Shown in pieces: positions 1 through 11,297 of a DNA stretch of 64,000 nt. The stretch is from assembly GCA_965237675.1 (NCBI GenBank), contig OZ250150.1, positions 5,152,001-5,216,000 of the forward strand, in the 5' to 3' direction. Made by a program: the position numbers and the translations under genes. Each line of letters starts with the position of its first letter. The first letter of the stretch is position 1. The notes beneath the pieces are model-generated. The model worked only from the letters and a program-made list of their open reading frames with translations, was not told where the DNA came from and ran no database searches. Origin of the DNA: Candidatus Latescibacterota bacterium (GTDB lineage: Bacteria; Latescibacterota; UBA2968; GCA-2709665).

Positions 1-75
1 CCTGGAAGGATTCATTCGGGCAATGTGACTATACCCATCCGAGTGCGCCCTCATGCGGATCTGTAATTTCCGACC

Positions 76-104
76 TTGACAGATTTCCATTTCCCATATA
101 TCTT
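76..104 (+). promoter_or_regulatory. sigma70-type promoter for the TPP riboswitch/thiC transcript
   Basis: TTGACA (76-81), 17 nt spacer, TATCTT (99-104), about 10 nt upstream of the riboswitch P1 stem. Confidence 0.7.
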
Positions 105-115
105 CTACCCCTAGA

Positions 116-190
116 TCCGCATGGGGTGCCGAACGGCTGAGATCATACCCTTGGAACCTGATCTGGATTATGCCAGCGTAGGGAAGCGGA
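116..190 (+). ncRNA. TPP (THI-box) riboswitch aptamer
   Basis: GGGGTGCC..GGCTGAGA..ATACCC TTGGAACCTGATCTGGATTATGCCAGCGTAGGGAAG consensus; P1 TCCGC/GCGGA; lies upstream of thiC. Confidence 0.96.
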
Positions 191-212
191 ACAAAGGTCT
201 TCCAGCCATTAA

Positions 213-2021
<1,809 letters not shown>

Positions 2022-2075
2022 CCTGTGTCCGGCGCTTGCCCCGGGGCTCCCTCGGAGACGATTGCGGACCTCAAA

Positions 2076-2100
2076 TGGCACGCCCCGACGGGGCGTGCCA
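2076..2100. terminator. hairpin between convergent thiC and sulfatase genes
   Basis: perfect 11-bp stem TGGCACGCCCC-gac-GGGGCGTGCCA. Confidence 0.6.
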
Positions 2101-2151
2101 AATCCGTTCGCATCCCTCCGTTCCCCAACGCAGAAGTTGCGCTCAGCAAGA

Positions 2152-3516
2152 TCAACACCGTGCCTCGGTCCGGGACACCCTTCGTTGTCTCTCTTCCCTC
2201 ACGCCGGCCGCCTCGATGACTGGCGCCTCCTCGCCGGCTTCAACCATTCGGCGGGCCAACCGTTGCCTCATTATCTGCGCCACCTCCTGATGAGAGGCCA
2301 TTCCGATCAGATTGCACAACTCGTACGGGTCTGCCTCCAGATCGTACAGATATTGCTCCAGGTACCGATCCGATCCCGCGTGTTGCGCGCCGTGGCGTTC
2401 CGGCGCATCCACACCGTATTTCCACCGATGCGTGCGCACGGCACGCCCCACCTGGGCTTCGCTTATCTGTACGATCGTCTCCTCCGGCCATCCCTCATTG
2501 TTTCCAACGGTCAGCGGCAGAATCGACCGACCCTGCATCTTCTCGGGAACCGGGATCCCGGCGGCGTCAAGCAATGTGGGCGTCAGGTCGATCGTATTCA
2601 CCAGTTCACGTAGACGCCCCCCTCCGTCGAATCCCGGCCCCTGAAGAGCCGTTGGCACACGAATCGAACTTTCGTGGCAGGACCGCTTGTATTCCGCATT
2701 CCGCGTCTTGAAGTGACACCCGTGGTCCGACGTAAACATCACCACCGTCCGTTCGGTCAGACCCGTACTCTTCAACGCGTCCAACATCCTCCCCAATGCC
2801 TCATCAAGCCGTTTAACCATCCCGTAGTAGCCACCCAGATGGCGGTGGGAAGATCCGCCGAGGGCCGCCAGATCCGGCGGTATCCATCCGCCGGTATACC
2901 GCTCGCGGTATCCATCCGGTGCCGGATAGTCGTCAATATGGTTCTGGTGGTGCGGTTCGATATAGGAAACAAACAGAAAAAACGGATGTTCCGTGTTCCC
3001 GTGAATATACCGGATGGCCGCATCCGTTACCGCATCGACCCGGTATCCCGGCAGATCCACCGGATCTCCCTGGTTGTCGTATAAAACCGTTCGATATGCC
3101 TCCGACGTAAATTCGAGTACGTTCGATGCCAGCCAGTACTCGTAACCTCCGCGTCCCTCCGGCGGAACAGGTCCGGTCGTTCCCCGTCCATACAGATGCC
3201 ACTTGCCGATATACCCCGTACGGTAACCCGCATTCCTGAAATAATGCGCCAGCGTCCGGCTTTCCGGTGGCAGAGGAATTCCGTTGCGAAAGCATCCCGT
3301 CGTCGTCGCGTACAGCCCGGTTTGAAGACAGGACCGTGCCGGGCCGCAAACCGGCTGGCAGGTGAACGAATTGAATACGTGGGTCCCACCGTGAGCCATC
3401 CGGTCGAAATTGGGCGTCAGACCCATGGGATTCCCGTGAACCCCGGTTGTGTCCCACCGTTGTTGATCCGTATAGAATACCACCACGTTCGGTTTATCTG
3501 AAATCCCCATGCCCAT
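2152..3516 (-). CDS. formylglycine-dependent sulfatase (Cys type), no signal peptide
   Basis: KPNVV..TDQQR, CGPAR (CxPxR), GKWHL, SDHG, LYDLEADPYE motifs; GGAGG RBS upstream of ATG 3516. Confidence 0.93.
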   Translation of the reverse strand: MGMGISDKPNVVVFYTDQQRWDTTGVHGNPMGLTPNFDRMAHGGTHVFNSFTCQPVCGPARSCLQTGLYATTTGCFRNGIPLPPESRTLAHYFRNAGYRTGYIGKWHLYGRGTTGPVPPEGRGGYEYWLASNVLEFTSEAYRTVLYDNQGDPVDLPGYRVDAVTDAAIRYIHGNTEHPFFLFVSYIEPHHQNHIDDYPAPDGYRERYTGGWIPPDLAALGGSSHRHLGGYYGMVKRLDEALGRMLDALKSTGLTERTVVMFTSDHGCHFKTRNAEYKRSCHESSIRVPTALQGPGFDGGGRLRELVNTIDLTPTLLDAAGIPVPEKMQGRSILPLTVGNNEGWPEETIVQISEAQVGRAVRTHRWKYGVDAPERHGAQHAGSDRYLEQYLYDLEADPYELCNLIGMASHQEVAQIMRQRLARRMVEAGEEAPVIEAAGVREERQRRVSRTEARC

Positions 3517-3817
3517 ACCTACCTCCGTTGCCGTGCATATCGAGTTGTCATACGCGAGATTCTCCGCGCCAAAAACAGGATACGCCACTCCGTGCGTGCC
3601 CCTGAATTCACGTCTTCCAACTGGCTCCTTGAATTCATCTCATCGATACGACAGTTTGTGGATTCGCTGATTGGATATTGTGGACCCTTTCGCTTCGGGA
3701 CACGCTGCGAAAGGACGTGACAGAACGCTGACGTGGGGATATCTTATGGAATCGCCTGTACGCCTGTCCGACCTTTGGCACATGGTCCCAGGGGATCGCT
3801 GAAAGGAAAACCAGTTG

Positions 3818-5098
3818 ATGCGCGATCTGCTCGATAAGGCCGACCGCTATCTTGCCGGGGGCTGTCTGGGCAGCTTTCGAATGCCTGACGAAGTAGCAAC
3901 CGTGATCCAGCGCGGCAGCGGTTGTCGGCTCTACGATACGGGTGGCCGGGAGTACATCGACTACGTCCTCGGTTCCGGCCCGCTCATCCTGGGCCACGCC
4001 CACCCGGCCGTGGTCGAAGCCGTCCAACGCCAGGTAGCGCTGGGTTCGACTTTTTATGCACTCAATGAACCCGTCATTCGCCTGGCCGAGCGCATCGTTG
4101 AAGCCTCGCCCTGCGGGGAATCCATCCGCTTCACCTCCTCCGGCACCGAAGGGACTTTTTCTGCCCTCCGAATGGCGCGCGCATTCACCGGCCGGGAGAA
4201 GATCCTCAAATTTGAAGGCGGTTGGCACGGTGCCCACGACTACGCCCAGCAAAGCACGACACCGCCGCGGCCCACGGACGGCCCCCTGCCCGTCCCCGAC
4301 TGCCATGGCATTCCCAAGGCCGTCGGCCAATCGGTTCTGGTCGCCCCGTTCAACGACTCCGGAGCTGCAGAAGAACTCATCGCATCCTACGCGGACGACC
4401 TGGCCGCCGTCATCGTCGAGCCCTTTCAGCGCGCCCTTCGGCCCGAGCCCGGCTTTCTGGTGGCCATTCGACAAGCTTCGACGGCCCACGGCATTATTCT
4501 CATTTTCGACGAAGTCGTCACCGGCTTCCGCATCGCCTGGGGCGGCGCACAGGAACGGTACGGCGTGGTCCCCGACGTCGCCGTGTACGGAAAGACGATT
4601 AGCGGCGGTTATCCGATGGCCGCCATCTGTGGTCGCGCGGACGTCCTGGCCTGCGCCGATCCCAGACGGAAGGGAATCGCGCCATACACATTTGTCAGCG
4701 GTACTACAAACGGCAACCCCGTCAGTGCGGTCGCCGGCCTCGCAACGTTGGACATATTGGAAACCGATGGCGTCTATAAACGGCTCTACGAAATCCCCGC
4801 GCGCCTCAAACACGGCCTGGAGTCACTTGGCGCAAGCGAGGGACTACCTCTTCAAGTGCTGGGTGAAGGTCCGGTGCTGCAGCCTTATTTCGCGGATTTG
4901 GAGATTAGAAACTACGCCGACACCCTCAAGGCCGACGCTGGCGCCGCCCAACAGTTCAGCATCGAAATGATCAAACGGGGCATCTTCTTCAATCCTCGCG
5001 GCAAGCTTTATTTTTCGCTCGCCCACACGGAAGCGGACATCGACCACACGCTGGAGGTCGCTGAAACAGCCCTTAAGCGTGTTGAAGTCAGTTTATAG
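3818..5098 (+). CDS. class III PLP aminotransferase (glutamate-1-semialdehyde aminomutase-like)
   Basis: YIDYVLGSGPLILGH, SGTE, KFEGGWHG, FDEVVTGFR, YGKTISGG. Confidence 0.9.
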   Translation: MRDLLDKADRYLAGGCLGSFRMPDEVATVIQRGSGCRLYDTGGREYIDYVLGSGPLILGHAHPAVVEAVQRQVALGSTFYALNEPVIRLAERIVEASPCGESIRFTSSGTEGTFSALRMARAFTGREKILKFEGGWHGAHDYAQQSTTPPRPTDGPLPVPDCHGIPKAVGQSVLVAPFNDSGAAEELIASYADDLAAVIVEPFQRALRPEPGFLVAIRQASTAHGIILIFDEVVTGFRIAWGGAQERYGVVPDVAVYGKTISGGYPMAAICGRADVLACADPRRKGIAPYTFVSGTTNGNPVSAVAGLATLDILETDGVYKRLYEIPARLKHGLESLGASEGLPLQVLGEGPVLQPYFADLEIRNYADTLKADAGAAQQFSIEMIKRGIFFNPRGKLYFSLAHTEADIDHTLEVAETALKRVEVSL

Positions 5099-5194
5099 TA
5101 CCTGCCGGGGATCGGTCGTTATGGCAGCTGCCGGTGTATCGCTGTAAGCCTGTTTTCAAAGGCGCCGCCCTTTTTCAAAGGCGAAATGCAATAT

Positions 5195-6181
5195 ATGGAA
5201 CTTTTCTTGGAAAAATCCACCGTTGTCGGGTCCGGTCTGTTGGGCAGTCAGATCGCCCTGGTCCTCGCCCTTGGGAGCAGGGAAACCTGGCTGATCGGTC
5301 GGCGGGCGGAAAGCCTGAGAAATGCCCGAAGAAACCTGAAACGGTATGCGCAAGACCTATACCGGCACAACCGGCTTCGGGGTGAAACACCCGAGACTGT
5401 CCTGGACCGTATCCGTACCACCACGGACCTGAAGGGCGCGGTTGCTGATTCCGCCTTTGTCGTGGAATCCATCACCGAAGATCTCGACGCCAAACAGGCG
5501 CTCTTCCAGCGTCTGGACGCTCTCGCGGGCAGGGAAGTTCCCCTTGTCAGCAACACCTCCGGCCTGCCCATTAGCAGACTCGCGGAACAGGCGCGGCACA
5601 AAAATCGCGTTGCCGGCTCCCATTTCGTCCAGCCGGCCCACATCGTACCCGTCGCCGAAATCGTCCGCGGCGAGCAGACTTCGAACGAGACGATGGACCG
5701 CATCGCCAACATATGGCAACGCCTCGACCGCTTTCCCCTTCGCGTAAAAAGAGACGTGCCGGGGTTCCTCGTCAACCGGCTACAGCACGCGCTCATCCGC
5801 GAAGCCGTGGACCTGCTGGCCTCCGGCGTCGCCACAGCGGAAGACATCGACGCCGCCTTCCGCCTTGGACTGGCGCCCAGATTCACCACAGCAGGCCCAT
5901 TGGAACAGCGCGACATCAACGGACTGACCATGCACGTCCGCGTGGCCTCGCACCTCTGGCAGACGCTGGCCGGGTGGGAGAAGCCACTGGCCTATCTTCA
6001 GGCGCTCGTCGCGACGGGAGCAACCGGCCTGGATTCCGGAAACGGCTATTACAACTGGACGGACCGCGATCCCGACGCGGTCCGCTCCGAAAAGGACGAA
6101 CTGCTTCTTTGCCGCACCCGGCAGGTAATGACCGATTGGGAAGAGGAACGCGACAGACACGGAACGCCATCGGCCACTTAG
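5195..6181 (+). CDS. 3-hydroxyacyl-CoA dehydrogenase family protein
   Basis: GSGLLG Rossmann motif, VESITEDL..K, SNTSG, HF, PGFLVNRLQ; start uncertain (5186 or 5195). Confidence 0.85.
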   Translation: MELFLEKSTVVGSGLLGSQIALVLALGSRETWLIGRRAESLRNARRNLKRYAQDLYRHNRLRGETPETVLDRIRTTTDLKGAVADSAFVVESITEDLDAKQALFQRLDALAGREVPLVSNTSGLPISRLAEQARHKNRVAGSHFVQPAHIVPVAEIVRGEQTSNETMDRIANIWQRLDRFPLRVKRDVPGFLVNRLQHALIREAVDLLASGVATAEDIDAAFRLGLAPRFTTAGPLEQRDINGLTMHVRVASHLWQTLAGWEKPLAYLQALVATGATGLDSGNGYYNWTDRDPDAVRSEKDELLLCRTRQVMTDWEEERDRHGTPSAT

Positions 6182-6377
6182 CATTCAGATGGCCAGATCC
6201 GCCGTATTGCCCGGTCGCCCGGGTTCACATATCCGGTTTCTTCGCACCCGTCTGAAGGACGATTCCGATGGTTCACACGCGAGCACGAACCGGAGACACG
6301 TCCCTCGAAATTCTGTGACAGTGTTTCGTTTAACGGCCGAATCCACAGACCTGAAGCACAAAAAGACAGGAAATGAA

Positions 6378-7253
6378 ATGGCGACCATCAGATGTATCAT
6401 GTCTGACGAAGAACGTTATTTCTTCGACCTGACCGGGTATCTCGTCGTTAGAAACGCCCTCACACCCGAAGAGATGCAAGCGTGCAATAGCGCTCTTGAT
6501 CGCTTTGCCGACCAAATGTCCACACGTCCCATCGAGTCCCAAAGCCTCGCCGCAGGCTCACCGGCCCTGGTGGGCGCGCAGGGGCGCACGGAACTTACGG
6601 GGATGCTCGGCTGGCCGGCGCCATACCGCGAACCGTTCCGCAGACTTCTGATCCATCCCGTTGTGGTCTCCCGACTGAACGTAATGTCAGGCAAAGGATT
6701 CCGCCTGGACCATGGCCCCCTGCTAATAGGCGCCGAAGCCGGCGCGGAGGGTCACCAGTTGCACGGTGCGGGGGAGCCCTTCAGTCCTTCCGTATGGTAC
6801 CACCAGCAAAACGGCAACATCTACTGCAGGGGCGTCACCGTCGCCTGGCAACTCGCCGACGTCAACAAGGGCGACGGTGGTTTCTGCATCGTTCCCGGCA
6901 GCCACAAGACCCGCGAACCCACCCCGAACGGTGTCCGGTCCGTCGAAGACCACATGGACCTGGTTGTACAGCCCGTGATGAATGCCGGCGACCTCCTGTT
7001 TTTCGCCGAAACCGCCACACACGGCACCCTGCCCTGGAGAGGCAAAAACAGACGGCGTTCCGTACTCTACAAATATGCTTCGCGGGCCGCAGCGCGGGCC
7101 ACGGGCCGGCACTTCGCACCGGAAGCGCGGTGGGGGGAATGGGTTCGCGACCTCACACCCGAACAGCGAGCGGTCCTCTACGGCCCGGGCGTCCACACCG
7201 GCGACAATTTTCCGAGACTGGATTCCGACGGTCGCGAAACCTGGATCGTCTAA
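6378..7253 (+). CDS. phytanoyl-CoA dioxygenase (PhyH)-like Fe(II)/2OG enzyme, HGA motif
   Basis: FDLTGYLVVRNAL, LHGAG, GGFCIVPGSHK, AGDLLFF..THG, RRSVLYKY; start 6378 or 6399. Confidence 0.88.
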   Translation: MATIRCIMSDEERYFFDLTGYLVVRNALTPEEMQACNSALDRFADQMSTRPIESQSLAAGSPALVGAQGRTELTGMLGWPAPYREPFRRLLIHPVVVSRLNVMSGKGFRLDHGPLLIGAEAGAEGHQLHGAGEPFSPSVWYHQQNGNIYCRGVTVAWQLADVNKGDGGFCIVPGSHKTREPTPNGVRSVEDHMDLVVQPVMNAGDLLFFAETATHGTLPWRGKNRRRSVLYKYASRAAARATGRHFAPEARWGEWVRDLTPEQRAVLYGPGVHTGDNFPRLDSDGRETWIV

Positions 7254-7294
7254 ATGGCCCCTCACGCGGGCAGGGCGTGTCCCTGGAGTGCAAG

Positions 7295-8158
7295 ATGACT
7301 GAAAAAGAACGCTATTTCTGGGATCTCACGGGCTTCCTCATTATTGAAGGGGTACTGACACCCGGAGAAATCGCCGCTGCAAACGAGGCCATCGATCGCC
7401 ACCGGGAACAGATGCAAACAGCCGAACGCAATCTCGGCGCGAGAGACTCGGTTGCCCTCAAGGGCAGCGGCCGCCCCACGATGCACGGCCTGCTGCAAAT
7501 GGAACATCCTTACTGTGAACCCTATCGGAAAATGCTTGTGCATCCCGCCGTCGTCTCACGCCTGAACGTCATGTGCGGCAGCGGGTTTCGCCTTGACCAC
7601 GGCCCCTTGCTCATCGCCGGCGTCAAGGGCACCGAAGGCCTGACCATGCACGGCGCGGGTGAACCGCACAGACCCAACGTGGCCTACAACAATCAGAACG
7701 GGCAAATGTATTGCGGCGGCGTCACGGTGAGTTGGCAACTCGCCGACGTAAATCCCGGTGACGGCGGATTCGCGTGCGTACGCGGAAGCCACAAATCCGG
7801 ATTTCCAATGCCTCCGGGCGTGCGCACCTGCGACGACGATATGGATACCGTTGTACAGCCAGCCATGCGCGCCGGAGATGTACTCTTCTTCATGGACGGT
7901 GCGCAGACCCACGGCACACGTCCCTGGCAGAGCGACCGGCCCCGCCGCTCCGTGCTGTTCAAATACGCCGCCCGCTCCAGCGTACGGGGCGGCCCCGCGA
8001 AGGACCTGGCCCCTCCCGAAGTTTACTGGGGCGAAGATGTCGTTGAGGGGATGACGGACGAACAGCGCGCGGTCATGTTCGGTCCCTACGCCAACCACCG
8101 GGACGAAATTCCATTCCTTACCGTGGATGAAAGCGGTACCGTCCAAATCGGACGCTGA
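7295..8158 (+). CDS. PhyH-like Fe(II)/2OG enzyme, close paralog of the upstream gene
   Basis: WDLTGFLIIEGVL, MHGAG, GSHK, AGDVLFF..THG; shares HP.VVSRLNVM.G.GFRLDHGPLLI with 6378-7253; GGAG RBS before ATG 7295. Confidence 0.88.
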   Translation: MTEKERYFWDLTGFLIIEGVLTPGEIAAANEAIDRHREQMQTAERNLGARDSVALKGSGRPTMHGLLQMEHPYCEPYRKMLVHPAVVSRLNVMCGSGFRLDHGPLLIAGVKGTEGLTMHGAGEPHRPNVAYNNQNGQMYCGGVTVSWQLADVNPGDGGFACVRGSHKSGFPMPPGVRTCDDDMDTVVQPAMRAGDVLFFMDGAQTHGTRPWQSDRPRRSVLFKYAARSSVRGGPAKDLAPPEVYWGEDVVEGMTDEQRAVMFGPYANHRDEIPFLTVDESGTVQIGR

Positions 8159-8169
8159 AACACAGCTCT

Positions 8170-9162
8170 ATGGAAGCTCCGGCAGCCGAAACGATTACAC
8201 GCCTGATCCAAAATGCCTACCCCTCGTTCGCCGTGTTGGCGGGTATGCAACTTGGCGTTTTCACATCCCTGGCCGATGGACCACTCGATACGGAACGAAT
8301 TGCCGGAAAAATCCAGGTGCCGGCCGAGCGCCTCTCCCCGCTACTATATGCGCTGGTGGCAACGGGATTATTGGGCGTTGAAAACAATCGCTTCTTCAAC
8401 AGCAGCGAAGCTCGGCACCACCTGGTGAAGACCAGCCCCAATTACATCGGCAACGTTCACCATCTACTCTCCGACCTGTGGTCGGCCACACTCAAGACCG
8501 CGGACTCGATTCGGCTGGACCAGCCCCAGGCCGAACACAGCTTTACCGACATGCCCACCGGTCAGTTGTACACCTTCTTTTGTGGACTTCACGACGACGC
8601 GCTGACGACAGGCCGGGATCTGGTGAGACGGATCGACACGTCATCCTGCAGGCATCTTCTCGACGTTGGCGGCGGTTCGGGCGGGCTGGCCATCGGCGTT
8701 ACCGAAGCCTGCCCCAACGTCAAGGCAACCGTGCTGGACCTGGCCGAAGTGATCCCCATTACAAAACGCTTTATCCGGGAGGCAGGCGCAACCGGCCGGG
8801 TGTGCACCCTCGGGTTAGACGTCACCCTAGAACCGGTCCCTGGCCAGTTCGACGCGGCTGTGGTCAAAGCCTTTCTCCAAACCCTTCCTCCTTGCCAGGC
8901 AAGTCGGGCCCTATCGCACATAGGCGCGGCGCTCCGGCCCGGTAGCGCCATCTACATCCTGGGCAACGGCATCCTGGACGACTGCCGTTACTCACCGCCC
9001 GAAGCGGCCATGTTCAACATCGTCTTCCTCAACATCTATCGCGGAGAGCGCGCCTACACGGAAAGCGAGTACGGGAACTGGTTGACCCACGCGGGATTCG
9101 GGAACATACGGCGGCTCAGGCAACCGAACGGTTCAAGCATACTCACGGCGCACAGGATCTGA
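8170..9162 (+). CDS. SAM-dependent O-methyltransferase (COMT/ASMT type with dimerisation domain)
   Basis: N-terminal QLGVFTSLADGP winged-helix segment and LLDVGGGSG SAM motif. Confidence 0.88.
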   Translation: MEAPAAETITRLIQNAYPSFAVLAGMQLGVFTSLADGPLDTERIAGKIQVPAERLSPLLYALVATGLLGVENNRFFNSSEARHHLVKTSPNYIGNVHHLLSDLWSATLKTADSIRLDQPQAEHSFTDMPTGQLYTFFCGLHDDALTTGRDLVRRIDTSSCRHLLDVGGGSGGLAIGVTEACPNVKATVLDLAEVIPITKRFIREAGATGRVCTLGLDVTLEPVPGQFDAAVVKAFLQTLPPCQASRALSHIGAALRPGSAIYILGNGILDDCRYSPPEAAMFNIVFLNIYRGERAYTESEYGNWLTHAGFGNIRRLRQPNGSSILTAHRI

Positions 9163-9340
9163 ACCGGCCACGGATGCGCGACTCTCATCAAAATCGTATT
9201 GACAAACCCGGGTTCCAGGGTTAACTCTAATGCCCCCTTCGGGGCCCGGTTCAGAAGTTCGCCCGCCCTCGCAGTGGATTGACGCCAGTCCATCTATGGC
9301 GTTCCGTCGCCGAGTTGCACACCTACAATTAGAGAAATTG

Positions 9341-10162
9341 ATGGATATCGACCTGGAAACGTACCTGTTCGACCTTCGAGGTTATCTACATCTCGAGAAC
9401 GCACTCTCCCAGGCGGAGGTTTCGGAGCTCAAGGCCTGCCTGGATGAAATCCCTCCACTCAGGCCAGGTGAGTGGCACGGCTATATTCATGCCCACACCT
9501 ACGGCGACGACACCTCCGGCCTGAACCTGCAACAGATCTATGAGGCCGGCGAACCCTTTGAAAGCCTGATAGATCACCCGTCGTGGTTCGGAAAAGTGAA
9601 ACGCTTCGTGGGGGGCGAAGGCAGTTTCGACTACCACCATGGCCCCCTGTTCATCGATGAAAACTTCGCCAATTTTCGCGAGGCTGGCGAAGCGATCGGC
9701 CTACACTCCGGTGGATACCCCACCATTTTGCGCAACCAATTCCGCTATCATGGCGGACGCTTCATGTGCGGCCAGATCAACATCCTTATCGCACTCACCG
9801 AAATCGGACCCGATGACGGCGGCACGATGCTGATTCCCGGAAGCCATAAATCCAACTTCAAACACCCTCACTTCGACAGACATCGCATGTCCAGAAACGC
9901 CACGGTCGAGGGTATTGAGGGCGCCGTCGAAATCCATATGAACGCAGGAGACGCGCTTCTTTTTGTGGATGGTATTTCGCATGGATCCGCCAGGCGGTCC
10001 AACCCTGGCACACGGCGTGTCGTCGTCTACCGCTACGGACCCTCATGGGGAAATTTCCGCCACGGCTATCAGCCCTCACCGAAACTCCTGCAGAGACTCA
10101 AGCCGGAGCGCCGGCGGATCGTCCAACCCCTCAAACTCATCCCGAGAGAACCGCAAGAATAG
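9341..10162 (+). CDS. PhyH-like Fe(II)/2OG enzyme, HSG motif
   Basis: YLFDLRGYL, LHSGG, IPGSHK, AGDALLFVDGISHG, RRVVVYRY. Confidence 0.88.
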   Translation: MDIDLETYLFDLRGYLHLENALSQAEVSELKACLDEIPPLRPGEWHGYIHAHTYGDDTSGLNLQQIYEAGEPFESLIDHPSWFGKVKRFVGGEGSFDYHHGPLFIDENFANFREAGEAIGLHSGGYPTILRNQFRYHGGRFMCGQINILIALTEIGPDDGGTMLIPGSHKSNFKHPHFDRHRMSRNATVEGIEGAVEIHMNAGDALLFVDGISHGSARRSNPGTRRVVVYRYGPSWGNFRHGYQPSPKLLQRLKPERRRIVQPLKLIPREPQE

Positions 10163-10435
10163 GTCAATCTCACGCAGGTGCAACACGGACAAACGGCAGA
10201 TTGCCCGCATCCCATGTTGTTAGGACCTCGGGGTCCTACAACGGAAGGAGGCGATCCAATGCCCTGAATCGCGGCCCTTCCGGTCGGACACCCCGCCGGC
10301 CTGCACCGATCCAGAAACCATTGTACCCGCAATCATAGCTTCACAAGCAACCCGTTTGTATTCTCAGACATCCCGCCAGGACGATATTCGTCATATATAC
10401 CAAGGATATGCGTCAAAAAACCGAAGGAGCCCCAG

Positions 10436-11167
10436 ATGACGACCTCTCGCGAAATGCTGGAACAATTAAAAAACTTCGACACCCCATCAATCACGAATGT
10501 CGTGGCCACGTATCCCGGTAACCCGCTTTGCCTGAGCCTCTACAATCCCTGGACGGAAAACTGGTACACGGACCAATCCATCCGATGCATGTATCCCGAA
10601 CTCGGCCGAACGGTCGGTTACGCGGTGACATGCGTCTTTGGGCTGCCGGACCCCGACTACACGTCTCTTTCGTTCATGGACGTCATCGACGCCCTGGACG
10701 CGTCGCCAAAACCGACCATCCTTGTCTTCCAGCAGAAATTTCCGCCTGAACTTGAGGCCAAGGTCGGACTGGCCGGCGGAAACATGACCTCTGCGATGAA
10801 GGCGGTCGGCTGTGCGGGCGCCATTTCCAACGGGCCCTCCAGAGACATCGACGAAATCCGCCCCATGAAATTTCAATACATGCTCAGCGGCGTCACCGCG
10901 GGGCACGGCGGCATGGCCGTTCACGCCGTGAATGTGCCGGTTTCGGTAGGCGGGATGGACGTCGCTCCGGGCGAAATCATCCATATGGACGAAAACGGCG
11001 CATGCAAGTTCCCATCCGATAAACTGGAAGCCGTTCTCAACAACGTCCGTGCTCTGCAAGAGGAGGAGGAAGAACGAATGGGCACCCTGCTGAGCGCCTC
11101 TTCAGCCGCCGAAGTCCGGGCAATCCTCAGCGGTCATACGTACGCCGACGAGGAAGAAGATAGCTGA
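10436..11167 (+). CDS. RraA family / HMG-CHA aldolase-like protein
   Basis: VGYAVT, GGNM, GAISNGPSRD, VSVGGMDVAPGEIIHMDENG; AAGGAG RBS. Confidence 0.82.
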   Translation: MTTSREMLEQLKNFDTPSITNVVATYPGNPLCLSLYNPWTENWYTDQSIRCMYPELGRTVGYAVTCVFGLPDPDYTSLSFMDVIDALDASPKPTILVFQQKFPPELEAKVGLAGGNMTSAMKAVGCAGAISNGPSRDIDEIRPMKFQYMLSGVTAGHGGMAVHAVNVPVSVGGMDVAPGEIIHMDENGACKFPSDKLEAVLNNVRALQEEEEERMGTLLSASSAAEVRAILSGHTYADEEEDS

Positions 11168-11297
11168 CGGTGCGTCTGCCATTTAACCTGACTCATTACT
11201 GCCGCGTTGGTTTTCGTTTTAAAGGCCTGGCCGTCTCCAATCGGTAACAACGGTCAAACCGGCGAAATGAAGACGACAGAGACGGGATTAAAGAGAT

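Noticed and set aside
3818-5098. Assignment as hemL (also considered for 44451-45677)
   Set aside because: Family-level similarity only; no tetrapyrrole context and two divergent paralogs, so no symbol was given.
6794-7294. N-terminal extension of the 454-aa ORF overlapping the first PhyH gene
   Set aside because: Arg-rich off-frame sequence; homology and RBS place the real start at 7295.
10216-10242. Hairpin GTTG-T-TAGGACC-tcgg-GGTCCTA-CAAC as a further REP
   Set aside because: Single copy with a sequence unlike the other REPs; more simply a terminator or stabiliser hairpin.
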